Origin: Phoronis australis
Lineage: Eukaryota; Animalia; Phoronida
Length of the DNA: 64,000 nt
Assembly (NCBI GenBank): GCA_002633005.1
Contig: NMRA01000185.1
Span: forward strand, 465,921-529,920
Direction of reading: 5' to 3'
Shown: positions 52,376 through 64,000 of the stretch, piece after piece
Position numbering within the stretch: position 1 is the stretch's first letter
How the letters are laid out: every line of letters starts with the position of its first letter
Translations under genes and position numbers: made by a program
The notes under the pieces: generated by a model
Told to the model about the DNA's origin: nothing
What the model saw: only the letters and a program-made list of their open reading frames with translations
The model's database searches: none

Positions 52376-55300
52376 GTAAAAGTAGAACACTTTACAAAGG
52401 TAATTCCAAGTTAAATTTCAACATTTTTCTTAAAGTAACCTTAAAACAGACCCAGCTGTCTTCAACAATGGCTTAACCACCACCAGCAGATGTAATATTT
52501 GTATAAATAATAATATTTGTATATATATATTGGCTTTGTCTATTTGGCAATTAGGGAATTTGTGGCCTTCAATATGGAAGGTGATTACCATTAAGCTGCT
52601 AATCAAACTGATGACAATTAGGAGCACAACAATGAAAAGAAGTCCAAATGCCATCTGTTGGCCAAACAATTGGGCTGGGGATGATCATCCACAGCATAAA
52701 CAATACTTAAACATCGGACCAATGAAAAACTCCAGCCAAATGCCAGCTCACAATTGGTTTAAAACGGAGGCGTTTTCGTTTGCACTTTCGCCAGTACTGA
52801 AAACACCAGTAATGTGAACCGTCATATGTGACACTCTTGCTACTAATTTATGTTACCCTAAAACTGCAGACTTTTCTTTACTTTGGTCTGCTAGACAAAG
52901 AATCGCTCATTCATCAATTCACTACTGGAAAAGCAGACAAACTTAAAAACTGTGGCCTAATAACTACCGGACTTGCAGTCACGAAATACTAATTGGAATT
53001 CCATTGAGATGCTAATCGTAATCCCATCGGTATATTTTCATGGCCGACATCTCATTGCATTGAATATGCAGTACACATGACCTGGCCAAGGACACTGAAA
53101 GACAGACAAAGTGTACTTTTAAAATCAATACACTGAACTGATCTGTGTGCTATGGCATGAATCATCATTGCCAAGAGACAGAATGTAGACTATAAGTATT
53201 CATCCAGTATCATCTAGTGAATGAACCCAAAGAAGCGGAAAGCAAACAATCACCCATCCAATCAGTAGCAAATACCTATGTCACAAAGAATTCCAAACTG
53301 CTGCATCAAAGCATGCCAAAGGTATGATTCAAAACATCCCAAAATACATGCACTAACGAGTTTTATTCACCAATCCAAGGGGTGCTTGAGAAGAAATTAC
53401 GATGCCGAAAGAAATGTTACATCAACGCACAAGATCAGGCTCGCTCAGCACCTATGACAATGGCTCTTAGAAGTCAATGCGTAGACAATACTGTTAGGCA
53501 TACATAAGTATTCCAGAATAATGAGCAACGAACCATGTCTGTATCATTCTTTGGACAAATAAACGCAGCACTGATTGAAACCAACAAACACTGATGATTC
53601 AGGCTTCAAAATTGTATTTTTACATATCAGAAAATACACAAAAGTGGAATAACAATGGCATATCGTTAAATCTGATAGAGCATATAGTTCACTGCACATA
53701 GCTGGCTGAAGACTCATTCAGGCGCAAAGACAACAGCAGTAACTTCAATTCAAATTATTACAGCAGGCACTAGTTCACAACAAGGGCATCAGGTGCAAAA
53801 AACTAGTAGGTGTTCTGCGCCGCAGAACTACAATCAGCATTTGAAACAGATAAACACATCTAGCTGAAAAATAATAAGGTGAATTCCCAACAAAAATAAT
53901 GGCTACAAATACACTTTTCAACTTTTCAAAAATTCGTTAAAGTTGTGAATACCTACAATTTCGCAAAACATTGTCAGGTAGTAGTTGTGGTATACATTTT
54001 GACTACAGTAAATTATTACCTCAACGTTATGGCAAAAGCTCAGCAATTTAGGACAAAATGAACTGCTAGAATTTCCTTTTTATTTCTTTTTTCAAGGATT
54101 TCGAACATTGCTGCAAATGCCCACATTTTTCAGATATTTTCTGATGGTAGCTGATGGTGCCCTGGCTCTCCCAAGTTGTCACTAAGCCACCACAAGCAGC
54201 AACATCAGGGCTAGACACAAATGCACAAAAATAGGAGCAAAGAAGCAAAAGGCGAGTGGAAAATCAAGGCCAAGTGAACATCTTTTTTTGTTCAACATGA
54301 GTCAAGATACACAAGAGTTAAGCAAGAAGGTGTTTTTTGACAACCTCAATTTTTATTCGACGACCTGGGATTTTTGCCAAGTTGGCGAGATGCTTAAACG
54401 TGGACCCTTACCATGTCATCCATACTACAAAATCAATATACCACTAGAGACAATACTCGATACTCGAGATGTCCAAGTAAGTATCCAGTTCATGAAAAAA
54501 GCCATCGAGACAGAATAGGCAAGACAATACCTCAGATGGACTATACGGTAACCACCCGAGTTCACACATTGTCCAAACTAACACCTCCCAAGATAGAGCC
54601 CCAAGTAGAACAGGGCAAGACAACAGTAATATGTTTTTCTCCCTCCACCCGTCATAACAAGTTTTGTTAACAACACCACCTACTGGTATTCACTCTACAG
54701 AATGGATTGGCCACCCTATTAACTTTCCTGTAAATTCTTTTCATTCTAAGTGATGAGAGAAGACTCCTCTGATGATGAATTCGGCTTAACTCAGCCGTTA
54801 AGGTTGGAATTCCGGGTCATTTTGTCGGAATACTGATAGCTAAATGTACTCGTGTATCAAGACAAGTTACTACATTTATTAAGACACTGTTTTTGGCCGT
54901 GTCCAATTTCCAACAAGGCTGGTACTCGTATGCAAACTTTTGGGGGTTTCAAGTCTCCTATCCGGACAAAATAAAAATGCACCTGCATACCATTTATACA
55001 GCTATCGCAAAGGGTTTTGGGAATGGTGGAAGGGCAGTGTTGCAGGATGGAAGTAAGTCCCCATTTGTCATAAAACTGATTTAGCACACTTTCACTTCAC
55101 TTTGTGTAACTCGTGGCCAACCCGTTGTGGCCTAGATGACAATGAGCATACAGGCTGGGCCACTATTCACCTAATTTTGTTGTTAGGATGACACCGATAT
55201 ATTCTTTCCGCCTCATTTCAACGTTGTACATGCACAGAACAGAATGACTTGTCACGTCTCGTCATATCCTGTCTCAGTTTTTTGACATTTGGAAATTTAT

Positions 55301-55422
55301 TTGTAAATGAACAATGGAGTGAATGAAATAATGGCACCCGACATTCAAACCCAGTATGAATTTCCACTCGTACATTAAATAGCCAATCGGATCCGTGAAT
55401 CTTAATGATGACCACCAAAAAT

Positions 55423-55585
55423 AAACTTTTACACAACAATTATATCTTTCCAGTAAATTCTTGTTCGTAGGTATTTCATTGAAGATGAAACACGATATCA
55501 ACAAACTTTTACACAACAATTACACCTTTCCAATAAATTCTTTTGCGAAGATATTTAATTGAACATGAAACATAATAGCAACAAA
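55423..55585. repeat. 80-bp tandem duplication
   Basis: AAACTTTTACACAACAATTA...AAATTCTT...ATTGAA.ATGAAACA at 55423 and 55503. Confidence 0.85.
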
Positions 55586-58500
55586 CATCACAACAGTGCA
55601 CTGCATACCAGATGAACATTTTTAATAGGATGTCTTTTCTCAGAACAGATAACATCCTGGTGGAACAATCAAAATAATAACATCTTTGTTGTGATAACAG
55701 AGTTGAAGCCTAAGTGAAACCGTAGGTGTAATCTGACGACACGTACTTGCATATTTCAACTAAGGTGACTGACCCTGAAGAACGAGCACGAAATCACAAT
55801 TAATCCACCACACACTTGACTGCAAATATAGGTTAATTGCGAAATGTATGATTACAAAACTAAACAGGTTTCTTGCACTTAACAGATTGTTGACAATGTC
55901 ATGATGTTGCCAGCACAATAAAGTACGTATCATGGATCTTATGAAAAACTGGACACAAACTGAGAGGAGGTAGAGACTAGTGATGGAGAACGAAGGGATG
56001 AAGGGATTGGAAATAGAGAAAACACGGAAGAAGATGGGCAACTTCACATAAATTATTGTATGAGCAAATCTTCATAAATTTAGCAGACGGCATGGTGTAA
56101 AAATAATTTTAAATTGATACTAAAATCGTTTGACAAATATAAATATTTCGTATGTATGGACCTACCATGAAAAAATTCTCTTTTGTAGTTTTCCTCTAAA
56201 AACACAAGTGACAGTCATCTTTAGCTGTTTTCAACCCAGTTAAAGAAGATAATATGGCTGACTTAGAATTTTTCCCAGGTCACCAAACATAATCTGAGGT
56301 CGCACTGCTATGAAAGAAATGTGTCACTACTGGTAATAGTTGCACCATTATTCAGCTATTGCCGTCATCATCAGGCAACAGTTGCAAGCCATCATTTACT
56401 CTGCAAAACTTCTCCAGCAGTGAAACTTAGAAATTCATTCACAGTGTCAATAATACAGCATGGGTCCTGCTTGCGAAACAACTACAATCAGGGAATCACG
56501 TGGGACCCATGTACCACGAATGCCATGACACTTGTGCTTTCGCTCTATCCATGTTTAGAAAAGAGCATTTTTCTGTTTGCAACAACTCGTGAATATCGAG
56601 TTATCCATTAATCATGCAATTTCAAAAATCTCTTCAGCACAATTAAACTGAACTTTTACAAATTCATGCCATACTGCCGCAAGTCAAATTCATTACAAAA
56701 TTGACCACCAGAGATTCCAAACAAAAGCGCAGCAGAAAAAAAACAAGATGAGAAGTCAAGTTGACTCAGTTAGTCCCATACAGGTGACTCAGTCAGTCCT
56801 GTACAGGTGAGTAAAAAGAAACTCTAAAAACAGGAAGTGAACCAAGAACCACACAGACATCTGTGACGCGATCTCAGCATAACTGTATCCTGTGACTGGG
56901 CAGCAAAACAGTGTAGGTAAGTGCAGTTCTTTGTGGTGATCATTTGTGTTTACAAGACTCACTAACAACATCAAAGGAATAAATCAACGAATGTGCCAGA
57001 TAAATAGACAGCAATAACAAAGTAGTGTTATTGAGGACAGTTACTGAACTCTTCAGTATGTTTCCTCCACTGGGACTGATGGATGAGGTATTCATAAATT
57101 ATTCTGCAAGAAAATCACAGAATGCTTCCCACGGTCACCACTAGGTGCAGACTGCGTCTTGCTCTCAAGGATGTTGGCCTGTTTGGTTACCATGATAACA
57201 CATGGAATCACACCCTCTCATCAGCGCCAGGACAGACTCCCAAGAGAGTCAGTTGCGAGGTTCACACTGAGATCAAGCAGGTGCATTTTTATACCATTGC
57301 CCAGTGAGACCAAGGTCCCAGTGTGTGATTTGTAAAATGCACGTCACTGTACTCTTGGACAAACATTTCATTGAATATGGATGCCACAAACATGTACTCT
57401 TAGTTCGCTGACCCATATTGAACCTTTCAAGGACATCTTCTGTACAGAACACAAATTAATGAGCACTGGATTACATTAATGACGTATTCATACGACAAAC
57501 CATTAATATACAAAACTCTGCTAGCCAAGTTCACTAGTAGTGCAAAAACAGTACTCAAATGTCACTGCGAGGTAAACAAATCACACAAATGAACAAAAAA
57601 CCGAATGCCTGAAACACAAAGACACTAATTTGCTATCAACATAAAACATGTACTTCAATATAACTGGTCAATTAGTGCAAAGATAGTCCCTAGAGCATGT
57701 GGCGAAAAATAATTCTGTAGGTGGCCGTCATACAAACATGCAGTCAACCATGGACGCTAACCATTCAGTTCACATCACGGATATGAGTTTAACAAAGGAC
57801 AGTCACTCTGGTATAAGCAATGATAAAAAACAAGGAGTCGCCCATCCAGTGATTGCCACGTGTGTTATTTCACTGATCTGAAAGAATGTGGCTAGCTCAG
57901 GTTGCAAAAAACTAGAGTTGATTGACCTTGTCCTACAATAACCATTGATAAAACAACTTATGACCATCTGTCTTAGTGAAAAACACAATTTGAATTCTTA
58001 AGTTGATTACGACTTTACGACTCTGTTTATCTGTCTCAGAATTATGGGTAATATTTTTCTTCTTGTCATCAGAATTAAAACAAGTTGACGCCTTGATCGA
58101 TAAAAAGTGGGTAAACAAATCAATCCCTGTGCGCAATATTTTTCACAAGTGAAAATTGTTAAGTGCCATCAGACATTGAATTTGTGGTCCTGACCAACGT
58201 CATCTCTGTCCTTCGCAGAACGTAAGTAGGCTCTTGACACAACATTTGATGGACATACTTCAGCCAGAAGAGATGGCACTTGATTCAAATCAAGCATGTC
58301 AAAGTGAAGGTGGGTGTCGTCACACTACGCAACACTTGTACCATGCTTCCTTCTCTAAACACAACTACCTTTTCTGAAGTTTGTCAGGGTTAACCTCACA
58401 TTGAATAATTCTTTAATGAAAAGAAAATTCAGGAAATTTTATAAGATTTTCTAGATGCTAGGGCTCAAAATAAACTGCTTGTATAGCTGAATAACACATT

Positions 58501-58915
58501 TTAGAAAACTAGAATAATTCAAATGAGCATTTCTGAAACCTGAAGTTATTGACTTGTAAAATCATTTATTCTTCGAATGTGCTTGCACATAACGGGGGTG
58601 GACATCTGGCACTGTCAACTCACCAAATGCGACCTGGCAAAATTCCTTATCAACAAAGGCTGACTACTTGGGCAGCCAGTCAGTTGGTTGCTGGGTCTTG
58701 CGACTATTTCTCATAGGATCCCTAAGAACTATTTTGTAGTTGTTACATTTAAGATCCGTGGATAAATCATATCTGAAATCTGAAATTAAAATGAATAACC
58801 GGCATAATCCAAGTGCATAAAGAACTTAATTTCCAAATACTTTATTCATTGTTTGACCGGAAGCTTCTCGATGGGGACCTTGAATGAAGCCATCTATCAC
58901 TGCATTCTTTTATTA

Positions 58916-59900
58916 ACTTGGCGAAATAAATTTTGCCAAGTATGTCGCCTCTGTCACAAAGTTTTTTTGTTTGTTCGCACGATACAGGTTGCAAACACGT
59001 AATTTCGGAAGTGCTGGAAGCCTATTGTCTTTCGTCATAATCGGATCCAAGAGGGCAGATGTAGTGGCCATTTTGTTTTCATTTAAAGGTTCAAATGCTT
59101 CTGGACGCTACAATTTTTTATGTACAGGGCAGTTATTGGACCGAAAGTGTGCTACAAGTACACCGGAAATTGTTTACTTCAGGTTAAAGATGGCGGAAAT
59201 AGCGGCGATCGCGCATGCGCACCTCGATTTTGGCCTAAAAACGTTTTCTCCTGTAGAGGGCGCATTATAGGGCTAATTCCTTCAAATTTTTGCAGGTATT
59301 AGCTTCTTATGACGTGCTATTATACAGAGCCAAAAAAACGGAAGTTGCTTTCAAGATGGCGGATCTGGCGCATGTTGACCCATTTTCAGTTGTGCTGGAA
59401 TGCCATTTTAAACGGGTAGAGGAAATGACGTGATAGATAGAGTTTTGAATGGGCTTTCAGATGATATTTTCCATTTTTTCACTAGGACGTCTACTTATCA
59501 AATTATTGGAGATTTTCTGACAGCGCTGTTCCTTTGTTGAGCGCCCTTACTGCATTGAGGTTCGTTTAGCTTCTATTGAACAAGACTGTAGCCTATTTGT
59601 TGCTGATTTATGACATCTAAGTGCGTCATATGAATGTTATGATGTTGTTCAACATCATCACCATTGTCACCATATTCGTCATCTTCGTCATCATCTCCGT
59701 TGTTGTCTTTTCTGAGTTTCGCCAAGTATCGCTCAAGACTGTAGCCTATACTTACTGATTTCTGGCCTCTCCGTTCGTCTTGTGAATGTAATCACTAGTT
59801 ATATTGTTCATCATCGCCACCATCGTCGTCATGTTCGTCATCATCTCCATCGTCATCTCTTCTGTTAATTTCGCCAAGTGTCGCTCTTCGAAGCGCTTTC
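58916..59900 (+). mobile_element. Apparently complete Helentron/DINE-1-like (HINE-type) non-autonomous element
   Basis: 5' subterminal repeat ACTTGGCGAAA (58916-58926) with adjacent inverted copy TTTTGCCAAGT (58931-58941). Perfect 3' inverted copy TTTCGCCAAGT (59869-59879) followed by small stem-loop CGCT-cttcga-AGCG. T-rich left flank. Body homologous to 40622-42104. The 3' 154 bp is tandemly duplicated (59581-59734, 59735-59886) with (CAT/CGT)n. Confidence 0.7.
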
Positions 59901-60261
59901 ATATAACAATATGTCATCATCCAAGAAATCACTGTGAAGTACCCAGAACAACATTAGAAAAAATAATGGCTAACAATGGAAGAGATGTAGGCAAACATAA
60001 ATGGAAACATTACTGTAAAATAAGGCAGATGAAATATTATGAAGTTAACTTCCGATGCATTATTATTAAGTCAACTTCTGGGTTCGGGAATGCTCAAATA
60101 TTGAATATTTTATTTTCCTAAACAGGGTTCTCAGTGTAGCAGTATGACTAACCTTTATCCATTCTCCACATGGCAGAAAAGCTGAATGTTTTTGTGAACT
60201 TTCACAAAAGCAAAACCTTGAGTTTTCCTTTTGTTCTCAGCACAAAACTTGATTTTTTGAA

Positions 60262-60535
60262 GCAAACGTGTTCTCATTACAAATGCTGTGTTCACGTTAC
60301 AAACAGTTTTCACATTACAATCACTGCGTTCGCATAACAAACGTTGTGTTCACATTACAAATGCTGTGTTCACTTACAAACACTGTTTCACATTTCAATC
60401 ACTGCGTTCACATAACAAACGTTGTGTTCACATTACAAATGCTGTGTTCACTTACAAACACTGTTTTCACATTTCAATCACTGCGTTCACATAACAAACG
60501 TTGTGTTCACATTACAAATGCTGTGTTCATATTAC
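60262..60535. repeat. Minisatellite: about 20-bp monomers in a 78-79-bp higher-order repeat, about 3.5 units
   Basis: ATAACAAACGTTGTGTTCAC at 60334, 60412 and 60491; monomer consensus TTCACATTACAAAYRYTGTG. Confidence 0.9.
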
Positions 60536-61597
60536 CAAAACTTTGGTATAATGAAACTCCATCACATCAACTTACAATCCCAGTAACTCCTCTCTGGTAA
60601 TGACATCAAAGTTGCCACAAGTTCTAAGGGATTAAACACCAATTAGTGTATTGGAATCACGCATTCCATTGGAGAGATGCACCTCGTGACCTGAAGCGCT
60701 TACTCCAACAGGAGTGAAACTCGCTTTCGCATTGCAGGGGATTTGCATTTTGCACATCTCAAATTTAATCAACCCATTTTGAGACCAGTTGTAATTGGCT
60801 GTTTCAGTCTGCATGTTTGGCTTCCCACAAATGTAAAGTCCACAAAACACGGGAGTTGCAGTGTTGGTGGGAAAGTGACAAAAGATTCGAGTCGGACTAT
60901 AAAGTCATAGTACAGAGATAGTTGTGTAAGAAATCAATTGAAATACTGTAGCATTTATCTTGCTCTGTCCCTTTTCCTATTACACACTCCTTTTTCATAC
61001 TGATTGCAACTTTCACAAAATTAGCAGAATCGATGGTTAGTGGCAAAAAAAGTGTTTTGTTGACCGTCAGCACCTCACAACAAATTAAGGTTTGTTCGAC
61101 AGTAACCCCTATTTTCCAAAAGTAAACATTTTGTCATTGCATTGTGATCACAGAACATAAAGTGGACCTGTACAGGTTATATAAAACACAATGAGTGTTC
61201 ACTAACACAAACTATGCAAAAAGCAATTAACAAAAGCCAGTGAGCAACAGCAACAGAGTCACACAACAAAATCAACAACTATTTATTCAACACGGCAAAC
61301 AGTGCAAAGTTAATGTTTCTTTTATGTGTTCTGAGAAAATCTGGTGAAATAAAATATCAATTAATAGTCACTAATTGTCCGAGGATTTTTAAGGAGAAGG
61401 TCAAATTGTTTTGAACAAAATCTAGTTAACAATTAGCCCCATAGTTTATGACATTGAGTACTAAACATCTTACAGAAAACAATCCTCTCAAACATCTAGT
61501 TTAAGCATGACGAGGTGTCCTCACTTCCTGTTGGCATCAGCGGTGAACCCACACCCAATGATACCACACCCTGTTGAAGAAAGGCCACTCAGAAGAC

Positions 61598-61650
61598 ACA
61601 GAGACAATAGAAAACACTTGAAGACACAGAGAGGATAGAAAAACACTTGC
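61598..61650. repeat. Short (about 28-bp) tandem duplication
   Basis: GAAGACACAGAGA..ATAGAAAA(A)CACTTG occurs twice; left boundary approximate. Confidence 0.75.
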
Positions 61651-62816
61651 TTTCTTAGGCCACTTTCCCAGGTTAATGGAATACTTCCTTGGATCTCAAG
61701 AGTTCCATGACATTAACTTTCACCAGAGCAAAATGCTACAATTGTATTTTTTCCAAAACAGGTCAAACCATTAAAGCTATCAACCATTCATTTTTAAACT
61801 TTCATATTTCAAACCATCATAATTTCCTCAAGCACTGATTTTTTCTAACATTCTGTTTCTTATTCTATTACTTTCACAAGTGTGCAGAGGGGGGGGTTAA
61901 TACCTTTTAGCCCGGAATCTCCACTTGCCAACATTCCTTGAAAAAAACAGGAGGCTTGATTCATTTTTCACATTCATTGTCTTGGGTTAAAAGGCTTGAA
62001 AGAAAATAACACATAGGCACAATTAACGGTCGCCAACTGGTCCACTAGACAGGACACCCCCCTTTTGAAGTGCTGCTTTTTGACATAAGTGATGATCTTA
62101 ATATACCCAAGAAGTAGCCTTAATTCATGGCTGTATATATTCTTGTTCCAATTATAAATCCATATCTCTCCGTTCTATTTCAGAGGCATGAAAAAACTGT
62201 CTGGACACGATGCTTACGTGAGTTGCAGATGACATCTTGTGGTATGGTCAAGATCCAGAGGTCCGCTTTTTCATTTTGACACCTAAGCGCATAATACAAA
62301 TCTGTGACCACAATATTTTAAAAAACATAGTATTATTGGTCGACAATTAACTATTAAAAAGTTACTTCAGAAATTCGATCCATGATAACCAATAAAACAA
62401 TTTACACATATTCAGCAAGCACCAGGTCCTATTTGCTCCAATAAAAAATTCAAACCATTCATAAAACAAGAACACTAAGACGTGGTGTCGCCAACTAGAC
62501 CTTAGTCCTTCTCCATTCATGTGAAGAACTCAACCAACACTAAACCACTCAAGAGTTTTACGCATTTCACTTATGACAGAACTGATCAGTTGAAGGTCAT
62601 ATTCGTAGTTTGCCACGTAAATCACTCAAGTGGATCCCCAATGACAATCTAGTTTGATAACAAGCTTCCTGTGTAGCAGAGACATAACATATATATCCAT
62701 AACAACCAGACAACTAGGAAATATGTTGTTGATAATGACCCCAGTTAATTACCATGTTGGCTTACACTAGTACTCCTGGAGCGATGTTGCTAGCTTAACT
62801 AGACCCACTTGCACTC

Positions 62817-63237
62817 AGGAGCAACTTGACAGATGTGTGACAACTTACCCCACCTAACCCAGGTAGGGTAAGTTGTTCTAGGGTTAGCTTGTTGTAGGGT
62901 AATTAGTCCCACTCTAATGTGGACACAAAACTGCAAGCAAGCCGGAAGTAATTACCAGCTGTATATTTGTTCAGTTACATACATAGGGGTGTCTAATTCT
63001 TCTGCTGCCAATTGACCTATCACAAGCTCCACCCCCTTGCGAAAAGTCGACAAACAAACAATAGGTTTTACCACTCAAGGTGTTGTCGGGTAAAACGGCG
63101 GCTTGGAAACGAAAGTGTGCCAAGAACGCTGCATTCTGATTGGTCAGTTAAGCCGTTACTCTAAATCCTGGCGACAGGCCACTTGGGGCAAGTGGTTCCA
63201 AGACAAGTTGGTCAAGGGTTAAACAGGTAGTCCTGTG
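62817..63237. mobile_element. Degenerate MITE remnants with CAACTTRCC / GGYAAGTTG subterminal motifs
   Basis: CAACTTGAC and CAACTTACCCC on the left; GGGTAAGTTGTT, GGCAAGTGGTT and ACAAGTTGGTC in inverted sense further right. Boundaries uncertain. Confidence 0.35.
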
Positions 63238-64000
63238 AACACAACTTTAAGTGCTCTTCTACCACCTAAACACTAGAATACAGCAAAGACCCATAGCTAT
63301 ACACACAGCGGTGATTTTTATCGCACACATTTACTCACTTGAAGATGGAGAAAAACGTCGACATTTAAACTGACCAGACACATCTGCCACAGAATTCAAC
63401 ACAGATGACAATTAAAAATAAAGGCTCATCAAATTTTCTTGATGCAGGCCAAAGCAAATGCCTAAATATTCACCCTCCACTACAGCATTTTCTGCCAGAA
63501 CATAGATTTTTTCCAATATTTGCAATATCAGTTGTCTTTAAAATGCTTTTGCGAGGCTCAAAAAACAAAATCAGCAATCTACTGCCTTAACAGTGGTAGC
63601 TTAGCTGTACAGCACAGTAAAGTCTACTATTTTACGACACAACATTGGCAGACAGGAGAATCTCTATGTTTTCATATTTTTCATAAGATTAGAAGCAAAA
63701 TGTTTTTTAGTGCCAATAAATACTGGTTTGGGAAAATTGTGGGAATTCAAAACAATATTAGCTCTTGAAAAATGACAAAGAGTTAATTTTGGCAGTTGTT
63801 TGTCGAAATTGGTGAATTTTTACATATCCTTAAGTAATAAATGTGTCGCCTTCTGCACCATGATCAAAATTATGGAAAGGTAAAACATTGTTTTCAATAC
63901 TGAGTGTGCGAAAATTTAGAATGTGAGTAATTGTAGGGTGGTCACCCTATATCAGACACACAGGCAGTCCTTTCATAAAAAACACAACAAAACCTTTAAG

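Noticed and set aside
60262-60535. CRISPR-like periodicity
   Set aside because: No unique spacers, no cas genes, eukaryotic context; it is a minisatellite.
1-64000. The six-frame ORF track as genes
   Set aside because: All ORFs are short (163 aa or less), overlap on both strands, often start at non-ATG codons and lack recognisable domains, as expected from non-coding eukaryotic DNA.
1-64000. Conserved bilaterian microRNAs, tRNAs or tRNA-derived SINE heads
   Set aside because: An incomplete by-eye scan found only seed-length coincidences and no full mature sequence or convincing A/B-box pair. An Infernal/miRBase search would be needed to exclude them.

Overview
AT-rich animal genomic DNA, not prokaryotic. 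The repeat repertoire suggests a marine invertebrate, possibly a deuterostome, but this is a guess. There is no intact protein-coding gene, rRNA, tRNA or CRISPR array, and the supplied ORF track is essentially noise. The window reads like a large intron or gene desert. One good minus-strand exon candidate lies at 9049-9097, and the + strand looks A/C-rich by eye, consistent with minus-strand transcription. The rest is dense with non-autonomous transposon debris. (1) CAG-terminated hAT-type elements with 5-, 6- and 8-bp target-site duplications (TSDs), including a 2.3-kb copy that still carries a decayed THAP12/ZMYM1-like (hAT-Tip100 type) transposase. (2) A 5'-truncated RTE LINE interrupted by one of these MITEs. 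(3) A decayed L2/CR1-like tail. (4) A Helentron/DINE-1-like family in several copies. (5) Long foldback elements, tiny hairpin elements, a near-perfect 70-nt hairpin and several tandem repeats. Unique stretches with clustered homeodomain/Sox/E-box motifs may be enhancers. I found no convincing new multi-gene system. The best leads are the hAT family with non-canonical TSD lengths, the isolated hairpin and the orphan exon.
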